Source: Azolla caroliniana (taxonomy: Eukaryota; Plantae; Polypodiophyta). From it: 64,000 nt of DNA. Shown piece by piece: positions 12,978-25,300 of the stretch; position 1 is the stretch's first letter; each line of letters opens with the position of its first letter. The notes under the pieces are model-generated. The model saw only the letters and a program-made list of their open reading frames with translations, was not told the DNA's origin and did no database searches. A program made the position numbers and the translations under genes. The DNA lies in NCBI GenBank assembly GCA_043228905.1, contig JBHGNT010000011.1:21328001-21392000 (forward strand). Direction: 5' to 3'.

Positions 12978-14609
12978 AGATGGCTTGTCAACAGGAGGAC
13001 AGGGTAACAAACTCCATCTTGCGGGTGTGGTGTCATGTGCGACAACATTTGGTCAAGCACACCCTAGAGACACTCATCGAATGGGCTAGACAACCTTTAT
13101 TTTGGAATCATCGAGTGCGAACAAGTGATGACAAGATGTTAGGGCAGCTTAAGGGCCTGGCATGGGGGAAGTTGGCACAGACAGGGCTTCACTCTATAGA
13201 CGATTGGAGACACATGGTTTCTCCAAGGGGAGCCCAGGAGGACCCATTCCCTCCCCTCAAGGGAGCTATGAAGATGTGGAGACTGATAGCTGAGGCAGTT
13301 GATAGGGTTCCGTTGGGGAATGCGCGAGAAGATGCATGGTTCGGTCTCTTTGATGAGGTTGGCATGGTTAAGTTGGTGAAGGGTGTGAGTCGATTGGGTA
13401 GAGATACATTTTTGGGGGAGAGGCAGAGTAGGGGCACTTGGCATCCAGTTCGAATGGTGGTAGAGGTTGATAACATTTGGAAGACAGACCCGAATGTTAC
13501 TAAGCTGGAACCCCATTGGAAGTTATGGGTATATGGTTCTCGTCCCCTCGTTGAACTAGAATGGAACCCAGGGGATTTCAGGTGGAAACATGGTGACAAA
13601 CTCTGCCACTTCTTCGAATATAGCACTGAATTGGGGCGGACTCTACAACTACATCTCAAGGGTCCCATTCGTAATGGATGGCGAAAATGGGCATCCCTGA
13701 CGAGGTGCTCATTGCCTTTTGGAAGGGTCTTTGACATCTCCACATGCCTGAAAAAATCAAGCTCTTTTGGTGGCAGATCGGTCACAATCTTATTCCCGTT
13801 GGGGAATGGCTTGGTAAAAGGGGCGGCCCGATAGGTTGCCCACTTTGCTCTTCACCTATTGAGTCTTTGGGATTGCCCTTAAGCTCTTGCGGCATGTGAA
13901 GTGGATGGAACAACATCGTGGAGTGTTGCGGCATGGATTGACCACTCAACTGATAGGTGGACGAACACCTTTAATGCGGATACTTGGTGCTATGTATGCA
14001 CGGGAGGCAAAATCGTCAAGATCCACTTCGAGAGAGACTTGTTGTCCGCATCCCCTAGGTTCCTGGAAATTTGGAGGTTGTTCGCAGGCTTCACCTTGTG
14101 GTATGTCTGGAAAGCACGTTGCTTAAAGGTTTTCCAAGATCGTGTACAGCCCCAGAGGAAGTGATCATGGATATTTAGTTCGCGCTTATCAGTTGCCTAC
14201 GCGGGCAATTAGATGAGGTTTGCAACCACTCCAATGACGTGGCCATTGCTCGGTTGCGCTTTTGGCAGAAATGGCGGAACACGCCTATGGTGACGCTAGG
14301 AGAAAGTGGACCGAGGTGGAACTACCAACCCCCACGCTGGTTGTTTCCTTCTTTCATGCCTCCCTCCCTTCGTTGTAGGCCCCGGGAGTCGGCTCATTCT
14401 AACCGACACTAAAGGCCATTGCTTTTAGGTATAGGTATCTACTTACTTTAGGTAGTCGGTTTGAAAAACTATGTAAGTAGTCTCATTTTCTTGATCTTGA
14501 TCGGAGGGAGATTCCCCGTTTTGTGTATAAGCTTCCTTGTATAGTCTCCTTGTAATAATCCTTCCTAACTAATGGGAAAGTAGCTTTATTTTGGAAAAAT
14601 AAATAAAAA
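12978..14609 (+). mobile_element. 5'-truncated L1-type LINE (ORF2 C-terminal part), disrupted
   Basis: ORF 12980-13834 shifts frame into FWKGL*HLHMPEKIKLFWWQIGHNLIPVGEWLGKRGGPIGCPLCSSPIESL (zf-RVT-like), then WRLFAGFTLWYVWKARCLKVF (L1 WxxWKxRN-like). A-rich tail aaaaataaataaaaa ~14594-14609. Richer in GC and CpG than its flanks. No clear TSD. Confidence 0.8.
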
Positions 14610-17600
14610 TGAGACAACATTACTACTTCGTTTATCATATTATTACTTGAGATTTATGAAATTATGATCAATGTATATAGTAACAAATATCTAATAACTA
14701 TAAATACATTTGATGTTATCAAATCTACTTGCCAAAAAGTGACTCTTAAACATATCTTAAGTATGATTTTGTCAATATGCAATTATTCAAGGATGTACCT
14801 CACTAATATTATGAATATACCTAATAACTAGGTATAACTTACTATTAGATATAGTTATATAACATGGAATATTGAGTGCATGACCAACAATAGGATGCGA
14901 GATTTTTAAAGAATGTTTTTGAATAACAAAGAAGCGTACATATAGACCATTGAGATAAACTAGATGAGATTAATGTGATCGATACAACGACGATAAATGC
15001 GGTGGTAGCAACAAAGGGAATGGATATATTAGTATCAATGACAACAAAAAGGTGATTAGGTTGCTTTTCTACCAATAGTTCCAACCTTCTTGTCATGCTC
15101 TGTCACATACATCCTCTACCTCTAAACGAGTAGAAGAGTAGAATGTGTAGAGAGGCATCCCGAGAAAAGATTAGACAAAAAGAATGTGTGGTGGATCTTA
15201 TTTGTAAAAGAGTTGAAGAGAAGTTGTGTTTGTGAAGCATGCTAAGCTTGACCTAAATGGGATCTTGATAACGACATGGGAAATAAAGGAGTTGACACAT
15301 ATTCCAGTCTTGTTTGAATGCAATTGACCCCTAGACTGAGTAAGGAGAAAGATGCTACATGGCGTATTCAATTTTGAAGAAAGTATAGGAGAACTTCTTA
15401 AGTTTGAACATGAGTTTTTCCCACAAAGACAAGAATTTGGCATGAGTTTGCTAACTCTTAAAGTTACCTTTATGTTTTCCTATAACCCATGCGTCATACA
15501 TTCATGATCCTTTGCACATCCATGATATAACCCATAACTATACATACCTTTTTACTATGCGTGTTAATATTTATTTTCTCTCATTAATATTATTTTTCAC
15601 GTTAATAAAAAAATAGAGAGAACTTTTAGCTATTGAGGTTCTTTCCCAAATTTGTGTTCCATCCCAAATATATAATTTTTGTTTAATTAGGGAAGTTGGT
15701 GGCCAAACATAAGGTTTGGCTTTATGGTTGCAAGTTTTGTCATTCGACAACTAGACACAATATTTGAAATTTATGTTCAATTGCCAAACATAGACCTTGC
15801 CATTAATTATCAGGAAAAAGACATGTTTCTAAAGTGGAATGCATGTTTTTTTTGCATGTAATTGAAAAAAAATGGAATTTAGTTGTTCCACGAGGAAAAG
15901 GAATAAAGTTTCCCATAAATTTCCATGATTTTCAGTGTTCACAAAAGCTTTTGGTTAACCACCCCTTGATCCATTATTTGTGGTATTTAGGCCATTTCCT
16001 TGAACTATGATGCAATATTTCAGCAATTATTTGCATATAAGAAGCAAGTTAAAGTTCTCAACAAGAGAATGTTAAAGTCTACAAGTTTAACATCATAATG
16101 AAATGTTGTTGCACAAAACTTGAGCTGTTTCAAGATACTATTCAAGTAGTAAAGAGTACTTTAACATATTTGTTGAGACAGTGTAGCACTTCCAAAATAG
16201 CGTTTTGAATGAATCGATCCACAATATGATAAGTGAAAACTGCCTTTTAGAAAATTGGTCATCCTTTGATAAAGACAAATTAAATCCATCTTTTACTTAC
16301 CCAAGTCTAAAATTTGAGTTCGACTTGAAGACATGATAAGTGGAAGTTGGAAATTGGAATGCAAGCCTACATTTAAGGATGAATTCCAATAGATTCATAG
16401 AACAAAATTTGACGAAGCCAATTATGGGAAGACTATAATTAAGACCTTTGTCATATGTGAATAAAATGATGAAATCTTCGTCATATGTGAATACAACTAC
16501 GGATTTAATGAAATTTAGCATGCATCTCATGATATTAAATGAGCGCAAACAAATTGTGCATCATTGGAACTACACTTCTCGCCTAACTTTAAGAGATTCT
16601 ACAAAAACATTTAAGAATCAAACCACTTGCAAGAGTTGTCCGTATGTCATAGATTGTAGCTTTAGTCAAAGTTCCTCATATAGCTCGACAAAAATCACAT
16701 AAACAATGAAGTACTATGGAGATTTAATGTTACAACTAGTCACGTTGATGGTGGGAAGGGCCAAGAATTCCACGATGTCATAATCTAGAGATGAAGTCCT
16801 TTGGATAAGAATCAAGAAAGTATTCACAGTGGTCCTAAGAAGGTGAGAAAGTGGATCAAATATTGATGGGCCAAGTAGGGCAAACTACTACATTTTCATT
16901 AGTTTGGCTTCTTCCTATCAAGTAAGGATGTTGACATACATTCAATCAATGAAGCAAAACAAGTCATACAACAAATATCATCATATTTAGTTATGTAAAA
17001 TGTATTATTAATGATGTCTTACATGAAATGCAAGATCTAATGTACTTGAAGCCATAGTGAGTTTGAATTGGCAAATCATGAGAATAGAGAATGACTAAGT
17101 TTGAAGGTTCTTGAAGATAGTTAGAGCCAAGGGAAAATTTTGTATATGGTTGTTTGGAGTTTTTGGTACCGCCATATAGGTGAACCAACGGTTGATTTGG
17201 AAGAAAGTGGTTATTATAGGGTCACTTGGAGTATATAATACCATCACACACGTGTATCATATGTTGATAATTATGGAAATCGTTAGAGAGGGTGTTGACC
17301 AAGTCAACATCGTTATTAAAGAAGTGATGACATTGAGGGCACCACTCATTCTCTCCATGAAATAGCCCAAGTGCAACTCTACAAGTCACACGTGTCATAT
17401 GATCTTGAGACGATATGATTCCAACATGTTGATTGAGGTTGTTTACTATTATCGAGGGCTCGTGTCTCGGGCATAATCTCCCTTTTAATGCACAAATCAT
17501 CTTTGTTGATGGCTCGTGTGTCCAACATAATCTTCTCTTTGTTGTTTTTGATGCATTTAGTTCCTCATTGTCATCTCACAAATAGGTTTCTCCATTTCTT

Positions 17601-19348
17601 TTCATTGTCCTAGAAAGTTTCATGTCTTATAAAGTACATAATCACTGTAAAAAATGTCATATTTACTTGCTTATATTTGTCTAGTGCTAAGAGCTTGTAT
17701 TATGTAATGCTCTTTGTTTTTTCTAGTTAGGGTTTTTGTATAGTAATACTCTTAATTAAACATGTAAGAAACATTTGACTTCTTTGTGGCATGGTGCCAT
17801 TGGGGCATGAAAAGTGATACCACATGCCATATTGTAAAGAAAGAAGCATGTAAAATGATACACATGTGTCATATTGAACAAAAAGGATGATTCTCTTCAT
17901 CATGGAGAATATTTTATCTTTAAAGGTACCAAGTGTACACAATAGATGATCACGTTTTTAACTTGATGGGTTTTATTCATGGACTGTTTTTCTCCTTGCA
18001 CAATGATAAGGATTGAGTCTATTTCATTCTTTTCTATTCTCATGTATAAAGTCTTAATGTTCATTTGGAATGTATCATTTTCTATTACTTTGATAATCTT
18101 GTATGGTCTACTTCAAAGAGTAGTTGCACCCTAGAAGAATCTAACCTAACTTAGAGTTATCTACAGTTGTCCTTTTCATTTATAGACTTTTATTTGTTCA
18201 TATTGGTTGTCTGCTTGTTGGCTTGGTACTAAGTAAAAGGAATACCTTGAAGGGAAAGAAGAATATAACATGCTTCCAAGAATGTGTTAGTCAGCATGTG
18301 GTATAAGACCAAGATGCTAATAAAGACACAATGTCATCTCTATGATTGGCAATGAAGTTTATTCTCTTGCACATGTTATTGTTTATCACAACAAAGCAAA
18401 ACACAAAACGCTTATCATTACCCATGGAAAAGGGACAATTGATAAATGCTATTAATAATACCTAAGAGCAATCATCTATGCATATCTCAAGATAAAGTTA
18501 TTAAACTTTATTATAATAAATGAAACTTTCATGAAGCATGACGGTGCAAAGAGCAACCAATTCAACAAAGAAACTATAGCATAGAGATGCATATATGTAT
18601 TTGAATGGAGGGGGCACAATCCAATATCTTTTGGGGACTATCGACCCGCGACTTGCACTCCCAAAGTTGGTGATGGCCATTCTTCATTAATAGTAATTGG
18701 ATCACTACAAAGGAAGAAACCTTTGACCAATTCACATAATGTAAGAAGATTCTTTGAGGCTCCAAGAAGGAAAAAGCAAAAGCAAAAGCAAAGAAGCATC
18801 CTAACCCATCGAAGGTCTAGCAATAAGATATAAACTTTTCCGAGGTTTATGTAAGAGAGAGTGGATGTGTGAGAATTATTTGAAGGAACAAAAGGCTAAA
18901 CAATTTGAAAAAACGGCCTTGAGGCCTTTATCTTCGACGAATGCAACCAATGTTTTTGAGACACATGCATTTCAGCTAGGTATAGGCCTATATAATCTGT
19001 ACAAATGTGCACACATATATTTGTGTATACGTATACATACAAAAAATACATACATAGTACATACATTACAGGCTACAATACATATGCGCTCACACACATA
19101 CATGCATACAATACATAAAAATACATACATATACACATACACATACATTATACAATACATACATACAAAAATACCACACATACAAGATACATACATAGTA
19201 CATACAATGATATATACAAAGATACATATGCTTTTGTGTCTCTGCCCCCTGTCCTGTTCTGTCCTGACCTGTGTGTCCCTGTGTTATTAGACACTCTCAT
19301 GGGCCAATTTTGGTCTTAGAAGACGTTAATATGTATATCTTTCTTTCA

Positions 19349-19376
19349 CAGACACAAATGAGACACAAATGAGACA
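19349..19376 (-). promoter_or_regulatory. DR5-like array of three ARF-binding cores with 11-bp period upstream of TIR1/AFB
   Basis: CAGACA-CAAAT-GAGACA-CAAAT-GAGACA, i.e. TGTCTC-N5-TGTCTC-N5-TGTCTG on the minus strand. Another TGTCTC at 19237-19242 and several TGTCC cores at 19250-19282. Confidence 0.5.
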
Positions 19377-19560
19377 GTGAAGAAAGAGTAGAAGATGAAG
19401 GAGGAGGAGGAGGAGAAGAGACTGTTACATGACACAGAGTAAGTAAGTAAGTAAGAGGGAGTGACAGACAGAGAGAGTATGTATGTATTCATATACATAT
19501 GTACATACATACATACATACATAGAGAGAGGATAAGCGAAAGACAGAAGAACAATTGGGG

Positions 19561-22321
19561 ATGAATAACGGCAGGGAAGATGCAGACGAAGGAAAAGATG
19601 AAGGCAGAAGAAGAGAAGCGAGGAAACATACAGATTCTCAATTAGTTCAGGAAGCCAAGCGTTGCAGAAGTCACATTGAAGGGGAAGAAGAAGAAGAGAA
19701 TGAAGAAGAAGAAGAAGAAGAAGAAGAAGAAGAAGGAGACATGGTGAAGGAAGAAGAAGTACAAGAAAGAGGCAAAGAAGAAGAAATGGCAAAGGAAGAT
19801 CGAGGAAAGATAGAAGAATTGTCAAAGGAAGAAAGAGCAGAAGACGAAATGGAAAACGGCGATCAAGAAGAAGAAGAAGAAGAAGGAACGGGTTTGTCAG
19901 AGGATGTGATGGAGCACGTCTTGAGCTTCATCACTTGCCACAGGGATCGGAACGCAGTCTCACTGGTGTGCAGGTCATGGAACCTTCTGGAGGCATCAGG
20001 CAGGCGGAGTGTGTTCATTGGGAACTGTTACTCTGTTTCTCCTCAGAGGGCCACAGAGCGCTTCACGCGTTTCAGCTCGCTGATCCTCAAAGGCAAGCCA
20101 CGTTTTGCTGATTTCGATCTCCTCCCTCGCCACTGGGGGGCCTTCGTGGAGCCATGGATTCATGCCCTCTCAGTATCCCACCACCGTTTCCTGCAGGAGC
20201 TCAGGCTTAAGAGGATGACGCTCTCTGACTATGCTTTGCATCTCCTATCTCATTCCTTCCCGCACTTCAACGTCCTTGTCCTTACTAGCTGCGATGGCTT
20301 CACTACTCATGGCCTCGCTAGCATTGCTGCCAATTGCAGGTAATTCTTCCCTTCATCCATCCATCCATTCATGCATCCTCGTCTTCTTTGCTGCACACGC
20401 TTCTTTGTCCAGTTCCTCATATTCGTTTTCTTCTTCTTCTTCTTCTTCTTCTACATTCCAGGTCTTTCTTGCTGCTTAAACTTCGTCAAACATCATCATC
20501 TTCATTCTTTATTCTTCTCTTTCTAGCTGTGCATACTTCCCCTTACTTTCCTTTCACATTATCTTCCATCTGTGCAGCCATTAGCACAGTGAAAGTCAAG
20601 TTTATGTGTTGCTTCCTACATCTGAAGAGCTATCAATACAGAGAAATAATGACTAATCTGATCTTACCCTTTTCATGTTTTTACAGGAGTTTGACCCATC
20701 TTGAACTCACTGAGAACACTCTTCATAGTAAATCAGGAGCTTGGATTTCCGCTTTCCCACCTGGATTCACTTCATTAGTCTCACTCGACTTCGAAGACCT
20801 CGAACATGAGGTGGATTTCCACGCACTCGAATCCCTCATTACAAGGTGTACGGGTCTCAAAACCTTAAAGTTGAATCGATCAGTTACTATAGGTCATCTA
20901 CGACATATTCTCTCTAAGAATCCCAACCTAAGTGTGCTTGGAACTGGATCTTTTTCTCCTTCCATGTCCCGTGAAGAGTTTCTTGATGCTTGCAATGTCT
21001 TTCGAGGCTGCAAGAAATTGCATACATTATCGGGGTTTTGGGTTGTTGCACCAGGTTACCTTTCGGTCATTAACCCGATTGGCACGAATTTGGTTGCAGT
21101 AAATCTGAGCTATTCTCCTATATGTGATGGAGAATTGGCTGACCTTGTCAGTCAATGCCGTCATATATGCAAACTCTGGGTTAGTAACTAATCTGAACTC
21201 TTTGTTAATTCTAGTTTTGTGTACATTAGAAAAGCAGTAAGATGTTAAACAACGCTGTTCATATAGTTCAATGCAGAGCTCAATGAAAACTCCCTAATTG
21301 TCCATTTTGCATTATATTGGATAGATATTAACCCTTAAGCTGGTAATCTTTTCATGAATGCAGGGGTAGGCGTTTACGAAGATTTTAGAAAATATAGTTC
21401 TAAAGTTTGATAGAGAGATCAATGGAAAACTTTTAAGGATGATATACACCTAATAAGAAAAGCATTAGTGATCCATTCATATTACTAGTTTTCCATTAAT
21501 ATTTTCTTGATTGTACACTATTATAATTTATATCCTTATCTCTGCAATGGGTTATCAATATGCAGCTCATGGATACTGTCGAGGATAAGGGCTTACAAGC
21601 TGTAGCATCATCATGTAAGGACCTCAAGGATTTTAGAGTATATCCAGGCACCAGAGAGGGGCAAGGTCAAGGTGTAACTGAGGAAGGTCTTACATACATT
21701 GCAAATGGTTGTCGAAACCTCCGATCAATTCTATATTTTTGCAATCAAATGACTAATTCGGCTGTGGAGATAATGGCAAGAAACTGTGTGACTCTAGAAA
21801 GCTTCAGACTATGCATTATGGATCCTGCAAAACCAGATCATGTCACTAATGAACCCATGGATTATGGGTTTGGAGAGATTGTGAAGCATTGCAAGGAATT
21901 GAGGAGATTATCTCTCTCTGGATTGCTAACTGACAAAGCATTTGAGTATATCGGGATGTATGGAAAGAAGCTAGAGAGGCTGTCGGTGGCATTTGCTGGA
22001 GAGAGTGATGTTGGGTTACAACATGTGTTGAGAGGCTGTGGAAACTTAAAGAAACTTGAGATAAGAGATAGTCCGTTTGGGGATATGGCATTGTTATCGG
22101 GTATTCATCGATACGAAGCAATGAGGTCTCTATGGATGTCTAACTGCAATGTTACTATTGCTGGTTGCCAATGGCTTGCTCATCAAAAACCTCGGCTTAA
22201 TGTTGAGGTAGTGCAACGAAACAATGAAGACAACACAACTACGTTTGTAGAGAGCGTGTATGTGTATAGATCTGTTGCTGGCCATAGGAACGATAGGCCA
22301 CATTTTGTCATGTCATTATAA
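19561..22321 (+). CDS. AFB: TIR1/AFB auxin receptor F-box/LRR protein, ~675 aa, with Glu-rich N-terminal extension
   Basis: Exons 19561-20339, 20687-21179, 21566-22321 (2028 nt). F-box EDVMEHVLSFITCHRDRNAVSLVCRSW, VFIGNCYSVSP, LKGKPRFADF, SILYFCNQMTN, FRLCI, RRLSLSGLLTD, LSVAFAG, KLEIRDSPFGD, MRSLWMS, YVYRSVAG. Confidence 0.96.
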
Positions 22322-25300
22322 AATAATAAAGAGCAGGCTTTTGTCCATACTCTGTGGCGTACAGATAGTTCTCCAAGTCTTGGCTCTAAGACAAGTGCAT
22401 ACATATGTCCCCAAGTGGAAGCTTTATCATTTTCTCACCCAAATCTGGAACATGTCTTCATCCATTCGGATATGGATAGAACAATGATGAATTGAAGTGT
22501 TTTATTTGAAAATGGATGAAAGAAGGTTGTTCATCTATCAAATTTTCAGACTAGCTCTGTTGAAGAGCTCGAATGAGAGTTGGCTCAACCCAGCCCCTAC
22601 AATGGAAGAATATTTCCAAGAAGTCATTGGGCAAGCTGTATCTTTATTCATTGACAACATCTTCCTTTTTGCCCAAAATCGTGAAATCAGATGTCCATCC
22701 TTTCTTTTTGGCAGGTAGAATGCTGATGAAAAACTGTTTTCTCCACCACCAAACTGTGGGTTATCATCTGGCTCTTCCTGACTGGCAGATCTCTATAGGA
22801 AAGAATTCCATATCAATAACTTCCACTCAAGTTGTTTACACAGCTGTGGATGATCTGACTGACCTCAGCCCTGTTAGAACAAATATTTGCCAACGTAAGT
22901 GCTATTATTGTGCCACTTTCAAGAAGATTAGCAGAAAAATACTTTTTACTGTCCATTCATTAGGCAGTGACAGTCAGAAAGCCAAGATAACATTGGACAA
23001 AACTCTGTTACCAGTTTTACCAGAGCTGCGAAAAGCTAAAGAAGGGCTGGATTCAGAAGTATCACAAGCCCTACTCTCAATGAGTCACATTCTCTATGTC
23101 CATTAGTTTTTTGCAATCTGTTATTTAATAGAACTGGAATGTGATAAGATACATTTTAATCATCTCACAGGACTGTCCTGAACCAGCAGACCTAATCTCC
23201 TTAAAATAGCTAGCAGGATTTTTCCGCCACTAAAGTGGGTCAATCAGGCCATTGATATTTGCCTCAGAATCTGGAACATAGTTGCACATCGCACTTCCAT
23301 AAATCACCAGGCCACCAATCATTGCTTCAACAATAGAAAATTGGATCTTTGCATTCATGGCTTTCAGCATACCTAGTAGAAAGTGGATCAACATTACCCA
23401 ATAGAATCAATCATGACATGCATGGTGCTCGGTCTGTCGAATTTTGTATTGGATTGAAAGCATCGGCGTCATCGGCAGCAATGAATCACTTCATCAGTGG
23501 GCCTTCCATTCGAAAAAGGTTAGGCATTGGCTCACAATGAATTCATATGGGACTCAGGTTCTTGGTTGTAAAACCATGGCAAATCTTACTAAGTTACATA
23601 CTACTGTTTATTCCTATCGTATTGAGGTTGCTACTACATAGTGTGCTTCTGAACATTATTATCCGTGTGGGGAACATCAAGGACACCCTCCATTGTTATC
23701 CAGATCATAGAGTTAGCCGGATCGTTGCGAGAGTATGTGTTATCATACATACCTTGATGGAGCTAATTGGCCACCTATATCTAAGTGTATGTGTGGTTAC
23801 TTCCGTGCATCGGCATACCTCTCAACTCACTGAATTCTGTTAACTATGGTTAATGTGGATGCTTATAACTTGTCTTGTCGGCGTTTCACCCTGAGCCAAG
23901 ATTATTAGTATCTTCTTCTTCGGTCTTCAGTTGGGTGCTTGTAGCCAATCCTTGACCACGCAGACATGCTGTTTTAATGTGGGCGGGTGTACTTTAATTA
24001 GCCATATGGTGGCAGTTGAACCGACATTCGGGAGTGTTCGACTGCCAAACAATAATTTGTAATGAAGTAGTTTGTAATGGGTGCTAACCAATGAGCATTC
24101 CAACAAGTTTATGATTTCTAAGCATACTAGACTAGAAACCAGATTCATATGCACAAGCTCTTTGTAAGAACTCTGAAGTGATAAGGCAATGAAGTTTCTT
24201 GTTGCATTACTAATGACTTTGCATGAATGGTGTCATGGCTACACCCATCTCTCCTACATGAATGTAGTGAAATTGGATTCATTGTGAATTTGCATGTTGT
24301 CATCTATCCCAGAATGTGGTGGGCTTTGAGACCTCGATATGATTGTAGTATTTGATTGCTCTAGTTTGTCATGTTTACATATTTGATTTCAATGCAAATT
24401 TGAGAAATCTAAAGCAATAGTTTGTGGGAATGTAATGTGTTCCATAAAAGTAATGTTTACATGTTTTGTTTTAGAAGGCAATGTTGTGTGATTTTAATCT
24501 TGAAACAATTCCTTGATGTAGAATCTAGCATATTGTTGTGATTCACATAGTATTATTCATGAGATTCTTGATGGTGAAGCTCTTGTAAGTGAATTTTAAC
24601 CATTATGAATACTAAGGAAGTTCACACACTAGAAAACATTAGGTTTTAGGGTTGTAATATCCTTTTGGCTATGAGCATGAAACTCACAATCTCTTCAAGA
24701 CAACCTCCCACTATCATAGACACATTTAGTTATTGATATTAAAGTTGTCATGCCCATACAATAACTTGTATGACACCAACATATAAAACCTCCACATCCT
24801 AGCTAAACTAAGCCTCTAAAAGGTAATGAATATATTGTGTAGTTGATGTAACATGTTATAAAATTGATGTAGTGGGAAAGGAAATATTGAATCATGGCTC
24901 ACTCTTTGTTATGAGCATGCATATAACGACGCATTTAATCTATTCTATTCAAAACACGGATGTAGATATGCCAATTATAATTTGGCCATCCTTATCTAGA
25001 TCCAAAAAGTTAAATTGACTCTTTATTTGGTGGCATTGTCATATGTAAGTGTAAGAAGATTATGCTATGAATATTATAGTGAATAAATGTTGTAAAGAAG
25101 ACTTATCATAAATATAGCACAAATAGATTCCCATAACAACATTCCAATGAGGATGCCAAGTGATAGAACATGGGAGTGCCAAACACTAACAATGTTGTAC
25201 ATTATTGAAGAGAGGAGTTATAGATTTGGTTGATCCTTTTGGAAATGGTTATGAAATTCTTGACAATATGGCAAGATTTGCATAATTGCAATAAAATAAA

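Noticed and set aside
15000-18800. Possible old transposon ORFs in intergenic DNA (also 24.5-27.3 kb and 44-46.6 kb)
   Set aside because: Decayed, with no recognisable domain motif; family and boundaries cannot be supported.
23880-23900. ggcgtttcaccctgagcc resembling a miR390/TAS3 site
   Set aside because: Needs two gaps against the miR390 complement; no second site and no tasiARF sequence nearby.
24036-24041. GTTCGA T-loop-like motif suggesting a tRNA or SINE
   Set aside because: No cloverleaf or A-box at suitable spacing.
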